Origin: Geopsychrobacteraceae bacterium
GTDB taxonomy: Bacteria > Desulfobacterota > Desulfuromonadia > Desulfuromonadales > Geopsychrobacteraceae
Reading direction: 5' to 3'
Assembly (NCBI GenBank): GCA_963662315.1
Contig: OY759353.1
Location: 2,656,001 to 2,720,000 of the forward strand
DNA length: 64,000 bases
Shown here: positions 1 to 8,783 of the stretch, piece after piece
How positions within the stretch are numbered: the stretch's first letter is position 1
How the letters are laid out: each line of letters opens with the position of its first letter
Position numbers and translations under genes: made by a program
The notes under the pieces: model-generated
Told to the model about the DNA's origin: nothing
Databases searched by the model: none
What the model saw: the letters and a program-made list of their open reading frames with translations, nothing else

Positions 1-538
1 TGGCAAACAGGATAAACGTCAGCCCCGGAAGCAGCAGAAACTGACTCAGACGCCGCTCACTGAATTCAAATATGCCAATGGCTTTTTTCTTGTCGACGGC
101 ATCCTGCAAAATTGCCGCAGCCTGCCCTTTGGAAAAATGATGAAAACTGGAAAACAGGATTCTGACCCCATCCAGGGTAGGATCGATATCCAGAACATTA
201 ACCGGTATAGAGGAGTAGCGCAGCAAAGGGTGCTGATCTGCTATAGTTTCCAGACTGGTATGATTCGGAAACAGATCGGTCAGTACGATCTTTTCAATAC
301 TGTCTTCCGGGTTTTTAATCAGCGCCAGAAGATCAAGCCACGGGCCACTCCCCCCTGAGCACAGATCAAGAACCGTTTTACTGGCAGACTGTTGGATCAA
401 CCACATCAGTTCCGGAATAATCGGAGAGTAGGCATTCATATCCACAATCAGAAACTGCAGCGAATCGGTAACCTGATCTCGCAGGAATGCAGGCAACCAT
501 GGTTGGTCTTCTATTTCAATCAGTCGTGGCCAACGCAT
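1..538 (-). CDS. Class I SAM-dependent methyltransferase, truncated by the window edge; not in the ORF track
   Basis: Manual translation from ATG at 538: MRWPRLIEIEDQPWLPAFLRDQVTDSL...VLDLCSGGSGPW...LTDLFPN...FSSFHHF...IGIFE. Open to base 1, with SAM motif I (LDLCSGG). Confidence 0.8.
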   Translation of the reverse strand, partial: MRWPRLIEIEDQPWLPAFLRDQVTDSLQFLIVDMNAYSPIIPELMWLIQQSASKTVLDLCSGGSGPWLDLLALIKNPEDSIEKIVLTDLFPNHTSLETIADQHPLLRYSSIPVNVLDIDPTLDGVRILFSSFHHFSKGQAAAILQDAVDKKKAIGIFEFSERRLSQFLLLPGLTFILFA

Positions 539-573
539 GCAACTGCACCTGAAAGTAAACGTTTGAAAGGTTT

Positions 574-840
574 TTAAGAAGCTTGATTCTGGCGGATATA
601 ATCAGCCAGGCAGGTAACCGATTGTAATACCTCACGGCTGGTATCTTTACCACCAATCCTGACATTGTATTTTTTCTGTACCGCAACCACAACTTCAACC
701 GCATCAAGCGAATCCAGCCCCATTGAAGACTGAGGACCAATCAGTGGCGCATCGGCATCGACCTCATCTGCAGAAATATCATCAACACTGCACAGATCGA
801 GGATCATGACAATCAGTTCTTGTTCCAGGCTATCCGACAT
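574..840 (-). CDS. Acyl carrier protein
   Basis: 88 aa, acidic, GLDSLDAVE phosphopantetheine site. Confidence 0.92.
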   Translation of the reverse strand: MSDSLEQELIVMILDLCSVDDISADEVDADAPLIGPQSSMGLDSLDAVEVVVAVQKKYNVRIGGKDTSREVLQSVTCLADYIRQNQAS

Positions 841-888
841 AACACAAACTCCAATTTCAATATTTATTCAGCCCTTTAAATAAAAGGC

Positions 889-2193
889 CTAATTTCTTTT
901 GCGGCGCTGCTGAAAAATCAGCAGCGCCGCGATAATACAGGTGCCAAAAAATAGCAAAAGCCGGATCACATCAGATACGACACTATTCAGATCACCATGG
1001 CGAACGAAAATATCAAGAAAAGCGTTTAAACCCCAACCCAGCGGGGAAAAAGAGCTCATGGCCTGCATGGCCCGTGGCATAACATATACCGGAACCATGA
1101 CGCCGCCGGCAGCGGCGGCGATAACCACTGACACCGAGCCAAAAGTCGAGGCCTGGTCATAACTGCGCGCTGCAACCCCCACCAGAATCCCGTATCCACA
1201 GGCCGCCAAAGCCGCACTGAAAGCGACCAGCAACAAAGCCAGTGGTGCTGAGCCCAGTTCCAAAACCGGGGTCCCGAAAGCAGGCAGGATATAGCGCCCG
1301 ACCAGCAACATCAGCCCAAACTGAAGCAAGCAGACCATAACATAGGCCAGCACCTTGCCCAACAACAGACTGCAACTGCTGACCGGCATCGTCAATAAAC
1401 GGTTTAAGGTCCCTTCCTGACGCTCACGAATCAGGGCTCCACCCAGGGGAATAACGATAAAAAACATTCCAAACAGGGTCCAGGCCGGAACATTCTGTTG
1501 CACCGAAGTCGGCAGTACCGGATATTTGTCACTAAACGCAGCTTCTTCATGCAGTTCCAGTAACCTCTCACCTGACCAATCCGTAGCAACCTGGGGCAAC
1601 TCAACCGGCATGCCATACTCTTTGAGCTGACGGGTCAGCTTTTGATTGGACAACCTGGAAAAGGCTTCCGCTTTATGGCGGCTTTCCAGTCCCAGCAGCC
1701 CCTGCTGAAGGGACATCAGCACAACATTCCTGTAAACGCCACGCACCGTCGGATCAAAATAAATCTGCGGTTCGGCGGCCCTGTTCACCCTGTCCGGTCG
1801 CTTCCCCTCCAGTGCCGCCTCGATCGTTGTCGTAACAGCGGCATTAAATGACGCGGAAAAATCTTCTGGAATAATCACGGCAAACTGGTAAGCACCATCC
1901 AGGACCAGTTGACGTGCCTGATCAACCGTTACAGGATCACCTTCAATAGCCGCAACCAGGGCCAGCGATCCGTTCACTTCAAGAGATCTTGCCAATTCTG
2001 CCCCAAGCGCCCCCTGATCGGCATTGACAAACACCGCTTGCGTGGCGGCATCTCCCGAAGCGCGAAACAGGTCATCCTGAACCAGTGACAGCACCAGAAC
2101 CAGCAACATCGGCATGACAAACAAAATCAACAAACCGGCCCGGTCACGGCTGAGGAGCAACAACTCTTTTTTGATATTGAAATATAACAGCAT
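889..2193 (-). CDS. ABC-2 type exporter permease
   Basis: N-terminal TM, large periplasmic loop, ERQEGTLNRL motif, five C-terminal TMs; adjacent to an ABC ATPase. Confidence 0.9.
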   Translation of the reverse strand: MLLYFNIKKELLLLSRDRAGLLILFVMPMLLVLVLSLVQDDLFRASGDAATQAVFVNADQGALGAELARSLEVNGSLALVAAIEGDPVTVDQARQLVLDGAYQFAVIIPEDFSASFNAAVTTTIEAALEGKRPDRVNRAAEPQIYFDPTVRGVYRNVVLMSLQQGLLGLESRHKAEAFSRLSNQKLTRQLKEYGMPVELPQVATDWSGERLLELHEEAAFSDKYPVLPTSVQQNVPAWTLFGMFFIVIPLGGALIRERQEGTLNRLLTMPVSSCSLLLGKVLAYVMVCLLQFGLMLLVGRYILPAFGTPVLELGSAPLALLLVAFSAALAACGYGILVGVAARSYDQASTFGSVSVVIAAAAGGVMVPVYVMPRAMQAMSSFSPLGWGLNAFLDIFVRHGDLNSVVSDVIRLLLFFGTCIIAALLIFQQRRKRN

Positions 2194-2205
2194 GGAAAAA
2201 ATTCC

Positions 2206-2964
2206 CTAGTCGCGCAACTGTTTGCCGGTCAAGGTCAGAAACAGTTGATCAAGGTTGTGACAACCTTCGTGCTCAGCGATCAAAGACTGCGGTGCTCCGG
2301 CGGCTATAACGTGCCCCCGGTCAATAACAGCAACGGTCGAACAGAGCGTTTGCACTTCTTCCATATAGTGCGACGTATAGATCAGGGTCATACCGGCCTG
2401 GTTCAGATCTCTCAGACGATCAACGATCAGGTTGCGCGATTGAGCATCAATACCAACTGTAGGTTCGTCCAGAAACAGAATTTTCGGTTCATGAAGAACC
2501 GCTACAGCCAGATTGACACGTCTTTTCATGCCGCCCGAGAAAGTATCTACGCGGCGATCGGCACAGGAACTCAACCCGACCATGTCCAGGCAGGCCTCCA
2601 GCCGTGCTTCGATGTGGTGTTTTTCCAAACGCAACATCCGCGCAAAGTAACGCAGGTTTTCGCGCGCAGTCAGGGTCTGATACAGCGCAATATCCTGGGG
2701 CACCAGTCCAATCATCTTCCTGATGGCGGTAGCGTCGCGAACAACATCCAGACCACAGACCGATGCGGACCCGCTGGTCGGTCGCAGCAACGTGCACAGT
2801 ATCGAGATCAGAGTTGTTTTACCGGCCCCATTCGGACCGAGCAGTCCGAAGATCTGCCCGTTAGGAATGCTCAGATTGAGCTTGTTGACAGCAGCGGACT
2901 GGGCCCCGCGATAGACCTTAACCAGATTGTTAACACAAATTGCATCTGTCTGCTTACTAGCCAT
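2206..2964 (-). CDS. ABC transporter ATP-binding protein
   Basis: GPNGAGKT, FSGGMKRR, LFLDEPT. ATG at 2964 overlaps the upstream stop (TGATG). Confidence 0.95.
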   Translation of the reverse strand: MASKQTDAICVNNLVKVYRGAQSAAVNKLNLSIPNGQIFGLLGPNGAGKTTLISILCTLLRPTSGSASVCGLDVVRDATAIRKMIGLVPQDIALYQTLTARENLRYFARMLRLEKHHIEARLEACLDMVGLSSCADRRVDTFSGGMKRRVNLAVAVLHEPKILFLDEPTVGIDAQSRNLIVDRLRDLNQAGMTLIYTSHYMEEVQTLCSTVAVIDRGHVIAAGAPQSLIAEHEGCHNLDQLFLTLTGKQLRD

Positions 2965-3983
2965 CACTTACTATCCACACTGCGCACGGTTGCCCGCAGA
3001 TCTTTAAACAATTGTTCTTCATGATCGGCACAGCGCCGTAGCATATCTGCCAGCGCTCCAAAAGCATCCTCTTGACTCTGGCGTCCTTTGCACAACCGGG
3101 AAGCGCTGACGGCAAACTCGCGCCACATATCCCCCGCCTCGGTACAGCGCCGCGATAGTTCCAGATAACGCTCATCATCAAACAGGGTCGCAACCTCCTG
3201 AAGAAACGCCGCATAGATAAAGCGGAAACCACCCCCGCCGGTACCAATCTCTTCCTGCATACGCACAACATGCCCCAGGTGCTCAAGGGCACTTTTTTCA
3301 CTTAGCTTCTGTGGCCAGCGGGATAACTGCCGCGCCAGCAGGCGTATCCCACGCACCCCGAGCAGCGGCATCGGTACCCGCAGCATGGTCTGGCAGACAT
3401 CCTTGATCGCACTGTGCACAGCCTTACGGATATCCGGCTGAGCGGGCATCTTTTCGACATAATAAATCCGCCCATGAGGAGCCAGTGCCCCCCGGGCAAA
3501 ACGCGCTTTGCGCAACGCCTTAGCCGCACAGCGAACCGGCTGCTCAAAAATCGGATCGCTGATCAGGTACTCGTCCCCCTCTTTCCCGTAAACAATAAGG
3601 TTGTGGGCATTGAAGTGAAATCGATAGGCGGGTGGAAAAAACGGCAGCCAGAAAACTCCGGTCTGAGCACCCACCGGTGTACCGCTGTCTAGCAGGCGAT
3701 CTAATTCCCGTTCAGCACTGGCAGGGTCTTTGAACTTCTGCTGCTTGACGGTTACCCCCAGGCGTTTGGTCGCCTTTTTAAAAATACTGCCAGGTCCAAT
3801 GCGAAACGTCGTCAACGGCAGATAGTTGATTTTGACAAACGGAGCATAGGCAAAAAAAAGGCCGCTGCCGATGCCAAAAGCAAGGGCTTCGCTGCATTCA
3901 AAACCATGATGGTTGAGAAGATTGGCAATGACACCACTTTCACAATGAGCAAACTGGCGATGCTGAAAAGCGATTTCTGTCAT
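2964..3983 (-). CDS. BtrH N-terminal / DUF4872 family protein (papain/C39-like fold)
   Basis: HRQFAHCESG (Cys), FNAHNL (His), ISDP (Asp), QEEIGTGGGGFR; recognised as the type found in flexirubin clusters. Confidence 0.8.
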   Translation of the reverse strand: MTEIAFQHRQFAHCESGVIANLLNHHGFECSEALAFGIGSGLFFAYAPFVKINYLPLTTFRIGPGSIFKKATKRLGVTVKQQKFKDPASAERELDRLLDSGTPVGAQTGVFWLPFFPPAYRFHFNAHNLIVYGKEGDEYLISDPIFEQPVRCAAKALRKARFARGALAPHGRIYYVEKMPAQPDIRKAVHSAIKDVCQTMLRVPMPLLGVRGIRLLARQLSRWPQKLSEKSALEHLGHVVRMQEEIGTGGGGFRFIYAAFLQEVATLFDDERYLELSRRCTEAGDMWREFAVSASRLCKGRQSQEDAFGALADMLRRCADHEEQLFKDLRATVRSVDSK

Positions 3984-4170
3984 AAAATTATAATATCCAA
4001 CCCAAATTTACATAAAATGGCAACCAGCAAAGAACATACTTTCCAAAGAGCAACAAAACCAAGGGCCTATACAGAGGCATGCTGTAGTACGCCGCCCAGA
4101 TAAGCCCACAGGTTGACGAAGAAATTGTCGAGGAGATTACTCTCGTTGATTCCGGTGAAGCGCTTCTATT

Positions 4171-4608
4171 TTATAACTCGCGATCTTCAAACTGCTCCAA
4201 GGTCAAGTCGGGCACTTCAGGAACCGTCTGCAGCTCATCTACACTGATGCCAAAAAGTTCCGCATAGCGCAGCAGATATTTTTCACTGAGACGTTGGAAC
4301 ACCTTAGGCTGCAGGTGACGCCTGACCCGCCAGCGGGAAATTCCAGTGTATTGGGACAGCAGCGGAACATCCATCTGATACTTGAGCATATGGTAGCTCA
4401 ACGCGCTCGCGTGCCCAGCTTTTATATGCTTCAGCTCCTGCTCCAGACGTTCGACAATGGTCCCCCAGGCCTGCCGCAAAGTCACATTCTTGACCTCCCA
4501 GCCGGCACTTGAAGCCAGCGTGTAATGACCATCGTCATCAACGGCGTAGTTGACCTCACGACATCCGGCGGCCAATCCGCCCTGTTGTGGTACATCGTCT
4601 TTTTTCAT
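4171..4608 (-). CDS. Conserved hypothetical protein of flexirubin/aryl-polyene-type clusters, HTH-like C-terminus
   Basis: MKKDDVPQ...NYAVDDDGHY...GWEVKN...GISRWRVRRHL; located just upstream of the BtrH gene. Confidence 0.7.
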   Translation of the reverse strand: MKKDDVPQQGGLAAGCREVNYAVDDDGHYTLASSAGWEVKNVTLRQAWGTIVERLEQELKHIKAGHASALSYHMLKYQMDVPLLSQYTGISRWRVRRHLQPKVFQRLSEKYLLRYAELFGISVDELQTVPEVPDLTLEQFEDREL

Positions 4609-4611
4609 AAC

Positions 4612-5190
4612 TCAGAATAGATACCCCAAAGATACCAGGGCGGCATTGATGCCGCGGTTATCATGATGCAGGTTACCATTGGAGATATGGCTGAAACGGA
4701 TGCCGACCGTCATGGCGTTATTATTGGCCAGAGCATGTTCCATACCGACACCACACTGCGGGTTAAAATTGATCCGCAACCCCTGCCCATCAACCTGGAA
4801 ATCGGTATAAATCACCCCGATGCCTGCTTCTACATACGGTCGCCAGGCGCGACTCTGATTTCCCAGGTAATATAGCGCCAAAGCATTTCCTGCCAAAACC
4901 AGACGCGGTTCAGGATCGGTCCTTAACCCCAGGTTTACTTCCAGCTTAAGACGCAATGGTTCCGGCGCCCGGTGCCAAGCCACCTTGTCATAATCAAGCA
5001 GCGCAAAACCCTGAACAAGTACCAGGCCAAAATGATCCGGATCATAAGCGCCCCCGGTCAACAAGGAAAAACCATAGCGATTATCAGAGTCAGCGGAGTC
5101 AGCATTCTGTCCCAGGGAAGTTGAGACACTTCCGCTCAGGAAACAGAACATAAGTAACAAAGTCGCCAGCCAACGATACATCAGAATCAC
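4612..5190 (-). CDS. PagL-like outer-membrane beta-barrel (acyloxyacyl hydrolase / lipid A deacylase family)
   Basis: Signal peptide, PYVEAGIG, FSHISNG catalytic His-Ser motif, terminal aromatic residue (GYLF). Confidence 0.8.
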   Translation of the reverse strand: MILMYRWLATLLLMFCFLSGSVSTSLGQNADSADSDNRYGFSLLTGGAYDPDHFGLVLVQGFALLDYDKVAWHRAPEPLRLKLEVNLGLRTDPEPRLVLAGNALALYYLGNQSRAWRPYVEAGIGVIYTDFQVDGQGLRINFNPQCGVGMEHALANNNAMTVGIRFSHISNGNLHHDNRGINAALVSLGYLF

Positions 5191-5191
5191 C

Positions 5192-6271
5192 TTAACGGAT
5201 CAAACGAACCAAACCGTAATCACCACCCGGTCCGAACTTGAGACAACTGATCCCGGCGCCCGCAGGCAGGCTCAGTTCATCCGGCTCCAAAGCAGTTCCG
5301 TCAGCGCGGGTCCCCATATAAAAATGTCCATCACGCAACGCCATAGCTGCGACAGCCAGGTCAAAGCCTGCAGCGGCCGGAAAACTGCCATAGACCGGAG
5401 CACAAGCGGCGACCTGAACATCTGTCAAACCTAATTGTCGATAGTACTGACCACAACTCTTGTGTCCGTCGGCCCCAAGGATCAAGCGCTGCGAAGCCGT
5501 TAGTGTCAACGGACACACCTCGTGGTTGCCCAGCTCGACACTGTCAATGCAGGCATAAGGGGCAGCCCCTTCTGCGCGGCTTAACAACAGAAACGCCGCC
5601 CCTTCACCGACAACAGCACTCTGCTTATTATATTCAAGAGGCTGGGGCGTCGCCGGCACATCATCACCAAAGAACTGTTTCCAGCAGTAGCGCAGCACAT
5701 CACAATACTCATCAACACAGCCAAGCAACACCCGGTCAACCCGCCCTTCAGCCAGCCACAGTTGTGCGGTCAGCAACGCGGACGGAACCGACATTTCAAA
5801 CTGAGTAACAGTCAGACTGGGTGCCGGGACACTGAGTTGCATGGACACGTGCCCGGCGGCTGCGTTGTGCACTGAATTGGAAAAGTGAATCGGTGAGCTG
5901 CACGAATATCCAAAATCGAGATACGAGTCGAGAAACTCAAAGGTCGTCTTCATCGCCCCGTAACCCGTGGCAATAACCACCCCGGTCCGCGACAGATCAG
6001 CGCCCATCAGACCGGCATCCTGCAAAGCCAGACAAGCACCCAGCAGCGACATCTTGGAAAAATGGTCTATCCGCCGTAACGCCCGCTTGGGAAAAAACTC
6101 GTACAAGCCGTCAATGGTGGCTCGATAAGCGGGAAACACATCCGAGCCACCGCTCCGGTCAACCGTCACCTGCTGCGGCGTCACTCCACCACTGGTCAAC
6201 CCGTTCACCAGTTCAGCGGCCCCGTGGCCAAAACCACCGACAACGCCAATGCCCTCAATCGCCATTTTCAT
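5192..6271 (-). CDS. Ketosynthase chain-length-factor-like subunit
   Basis: KS N-terminal fold (LRRIDHFS, SPIHFSNSVHNA) without the catalytic ACxS or GH motifs; directly after an intact KS. Confidence 0.8.
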   Translation of the reverse strand: MKMAIEGIGVVGGFGHGAAELVNGLTSGGVTPQQVTVDRSGGSDVFPAYRATIDGLYEFFPKRALRRIDHFSKMSLLGACLALQDAGLMGADLSRTGVVIATGYGAMKTTFEFLDSYLDFGYSCSSPIHFSNSVHNAAAGHVSMQLSVPAPSLTVTQFEMSVPSALLTAQLWLAEGRVDRVLLGCVDEYCDVLRYCWKQFFGDDVPATPQPLEYNKQSAVVGEGAAFLLLSRAEGAAPYACIDSVELGNHEVCPLTLTASQRLILGADGHKSCGQYYRQLGLTDVQVAACAPVYGSFPAAAGFDLAVAAMALRDGHFYMGTRADGTALEPDELSLPAGAGISCLKFGPGGDYGLVRLIR

Positions 6272-6272
6272 A

Positions 6273-7460
6273 TCAACATACTCCTTTAGCGAATATCAGT
6301 ACGGCATTGTTACCACCAAAGGCCAGCGACTCTGACAAGGCATAATCACCCGCCACAGCGGTATTGACCGCTACCGGGGTTCCCGCCAGGGCCGGGTCCG
6401 CATCGGCAAAACCGATATTGGCCGGAATTTCACCGCGCTCCATACAGGCCAGGGTAAAAACCGCTTCAAGGCCGCCAGCTGCGCCCAGGGTATGCCCGGT
6501 ATAGCCTTTGGTTGACAGAAACGGAACACCCGGTAAGACTTTTTTCAGGACGTGGCTTTCAATACGGTCATTATCCGGCGTTCCAGTGCCATGAGCATTG
6601 ACGAAGGAGATCTGCTCAGGGGTCACTCCAGCGGCTGCAAAGGCTTCATTCAAAGCCCTGATCAAACCCAGTCCATCAGGATGGGGCGCCGTCAGGTGGT
6701 GAGCATCACAAGCTGAGCCGTAGCCAATAACATAGCCATGAACCTTTTTTTCAGCACAGTCCTGAGCTCGCTCCAGAACGACGATACCTGCTCCTTCACC
6801 CAAGTTGAGCCCCTTGCGGTTGACATCAAAGGGGCGACAAGGTTCCGTTGCGGTAATCATCAATGAACTGAATCCGGCATAGGTGACCCGTGACAGCTCA
6901 TCAGCACCACCGGCGATAACCATGTCACAAGCCCCGGCCCGCAGCCAGGAAGCTCCGATACCAATAGCATCGGTGCCCGAGGAACAGGCATTGACAACGA
7001 CCTGGGTCGGGCCATTAAGCTTAAGCTGCCGACTGATAACCGCCGCAGGATTGCTGCGCCGAAAACGTTCGATAACCTGTAATGACGGATTATCCCCTTC
7101 TTTGTAGGAACGGTAAAAATCATCACAGTTTAAAGCACAGCCAACAGTCGTGCCGATACAGACACCAACCCGCTTGCCACGCAGCTGCTCTGTGCTCAGC
7201 CCGGCATGGGCCACTGCCTCCAAGGCTGCCGCCAGGGCCAGCTGACTGGTCCGGGTGTAGATGGTTTCCTGCTTATCCAGGGGCAACTGAAAATCATCAC
7301 GCAGCTCAAGAACCGGATAACTGACGGGATGATCGGTGGAAAAACGTTGCGGCGGATGCGGAAAACGCTGGTTCCGGAACATGTTGTCCATAGTTTCGGC
7401 AAGATTCATTCCTGCCCCGGACAAACAACCCAGCCCCGTTACGGCAACATCCCTGCTCAT
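6273..7460 (-). CDS. Beta-ketoacyl-ACP synthase (FabF/type II KS)
   Basis: NACSSG, NAHGTGT, GHTLGAAG, AFGGNN. Confidence 0.93.
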   Translation of the reverse strand: MSRDVAVTGLGCLSGAGMNLAETMDNMFRNQRFPHPPQRFSTDHPVSYPVLELRDDFQLPLDKQETIYTRTSQLALAAALEAVAHAGLSTEQLRGKRVGVCIGTTVGCALNCDDFYRSYKEGDNPSLQVIERFRRSNPAAVISRQLKLNGPTQVVVNACSSGTDAIGIGASWLRAGACDMVIAGGADELSRVTYAGFSSLMITATEPCRPFDVNRKGLNLGEGAGIVVLERAQDCAEKKVHGYVIGYGSACDAHHLTAPHPDGLGLIRALNEAFAAAGVTPEQISFVNAHGTGTPDNDRIESHVLKKVLPGVPFLSTKGYTGHTLGAAGGLEAVFTLACMERGEIPANIGFADADPALAGTPVAVNTAVAGDYALSESLAFGGNNAVLIFAKGVC

Positions 7461-7714
7461 GCGTTCTGTTTTTCCTCGATAAAGGCGGCAAGAGTATTAA
7501 TCGACTGCAACGCCGGACGCCCTTCTTCCATATCCTTGATCTCGACACCGAAATGCTTTTGCACGACAACAACCAGTTCGACAGCGTCGAGAGAGTCAAG
7601 GCCAAGACCTTCACCAAATAACGGGGCATCATCCTCAATTTCTTCCGGAGTGAAATCCTCGAGGTTCAATTCATCGATAAGAACTTGCTTCAGCTTTGTT
7701 TTGATATCCATCAT
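7457..7714 (-). CDS. Acyl carrier protein
   Basis: MMDIKTKLK...GLDSLDAVE; GGAG RBS before 7714; ATGA-type overlaps on both sides. Confidence 0.92.
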   Translation of the reverse strand: MMDIKTKLKQVLIDELNLEDFTPEEIEDDAPLFGEGLGLDSLDAVELVVVVQKHFGVEIKDMEEGRPALQSINTLAAFIEEKQNA

Positions 7715-8667
7715 GACTCCTTGGATCGGTCCTGTGTAGTAACCGGCTGCTCCTGTTGCAGCCACATATTAAAAAAATTGAAAAACTGGTACGGATGTTC
7801 CTCGCAATACTCCTCAAGGGCCGTACAGAATTCCAGAGCAAAAGGTTTAAACAGATCGGCCTTGCGCCCGGAAATTTCCGGAACACGAATGACCTTGGCC
7901 AGTTTCAGCCGGTAGCTGTCGGCACTGTCTTTCCAACTGAAAAAAACGACAATAGGCGCCCCAGTTGTCGCGGCAATCTTATAAGCACTAAAAGGGACGC
8001 TGATCGACTGCCCCAGAAAATCAACCTGCACCAGACTGCGATCGCTCCCCATGGGGCGGTCACCCATCACACAAAGAATCTGCCCTTGCTTAAGGACACC
8101 GAGCATTTCCAGGGTACCACCAAGGTAACCCGTTGGATCAATGACCTGGTAAGGACATTCAATACCGGCATGCTCATGATAATGACGGTCGATATCACCA
8201 TCTTCCCGCCGCATCAGCATATGTACCGGCCGATCAAGAAAATCGAGGGACGACATGGCGACCTGCCAGCAGCCGACATGGGCCGTCATCATGATCAGAC
8301 CCCTCTCTTCGTCACGCAGCTTGAGCAACTCCGCACGCCCCACCAGATCAACCTGCATGCTGTCCGGTCCAAGAATGCCGACAATGGCCCGGTCAACCAG
8401 CACTTTTCCCAACCCAAGAAGCATCTGGTAACAGTGCCACAGGCGCTCAACACCTCTGGCATCAGGAAAGCGCCGCTGCAGATAATGGGCGGCCCGACCA
8501 CGAGCCAGGGAGCTGAACAGAGCATAGTAAGCGACAACGACATAAAGCAGCAGGTACGCAACCCGCCGCCCCCCCAGACGGATGGCCAGATAGAAAGCCT
8601 GGTGCTGCCAATTACTACCAACACTGCGACTGGTCCAGTTACCGCTGTTATGTGCCTGCTTTGCCAT
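7711..8667 (-). CDS. LpxL/HtrB-like acyltransferase
   Basis: TAHVGCWQ, VMGDR, VDFLG, HPYQFFNFF; typical of aryl-polyene cluster acyltransferases. Confidence 0.85.
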   Translation of the reverse strand: MAKQAHNSGNWTSRSVGSNWQHQAFYLAIRLGGRRVAYLLLYVVVAYYALFSSLARGRAAHYLQRRFPDARGVERLWHCYQMLLGLGKVLVDRAIVGILGPDSMQVDLVGRAELLKLRDEERGLIMMTAHVGCWQVAMSSLDFLDRPVHMLMRREDGDIDRHYHEHAGIECPYQVIDPTGYLGGTLEMLGVLKQGQILCVMGDRPMGSDRSLVQVDFLGQSISVPFSAYKIAATTGAPIVVFFSWKDSADSYRLKLAKVIRVPEISGRKADLFKPFALEFCTALEEYCEEHPYQFFNFFNMWLQQEQPVTTQDRSKES

Positions 8668-8687
8668 TAATTGTTTATCCTACTATG

Positions 8688-8774
8688 CCCCCTCATCCGC
8701 CCTGCGGGCACCTTCTCCCTTATGGAGAAGGGATAACTATTCCCTCTCCGTGGGGAGAGGGTCAGGGTGAGGGG
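8688..8774. repeat. REP-like intergenic palindromic element
   Basis: Outer arms CCCCTCATCC / GGGTGAGGGG enclose hairpins CCTTCTCC-cttat-GGAGAAGG and CCCTCTCC-gtgg-GGAGAGGG. Confidence 0.75.
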
Positions 8775-8783
8775 AAATCACTT

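Noticed and set aside
345..358. G6 tract as a frameshift or phase-variation site
   Set aside because: The frame is intact (CSGGSG) and the run is too short.
2245..3024. 259-aa plus-strand ORF
   Set aside because: Antisense shadow of the ABC ATPase gene; no motifs.
7756..8670. 304-aa plus-strand ORF
   Set aside because: Antisense shadow of the acyltransferase gene.
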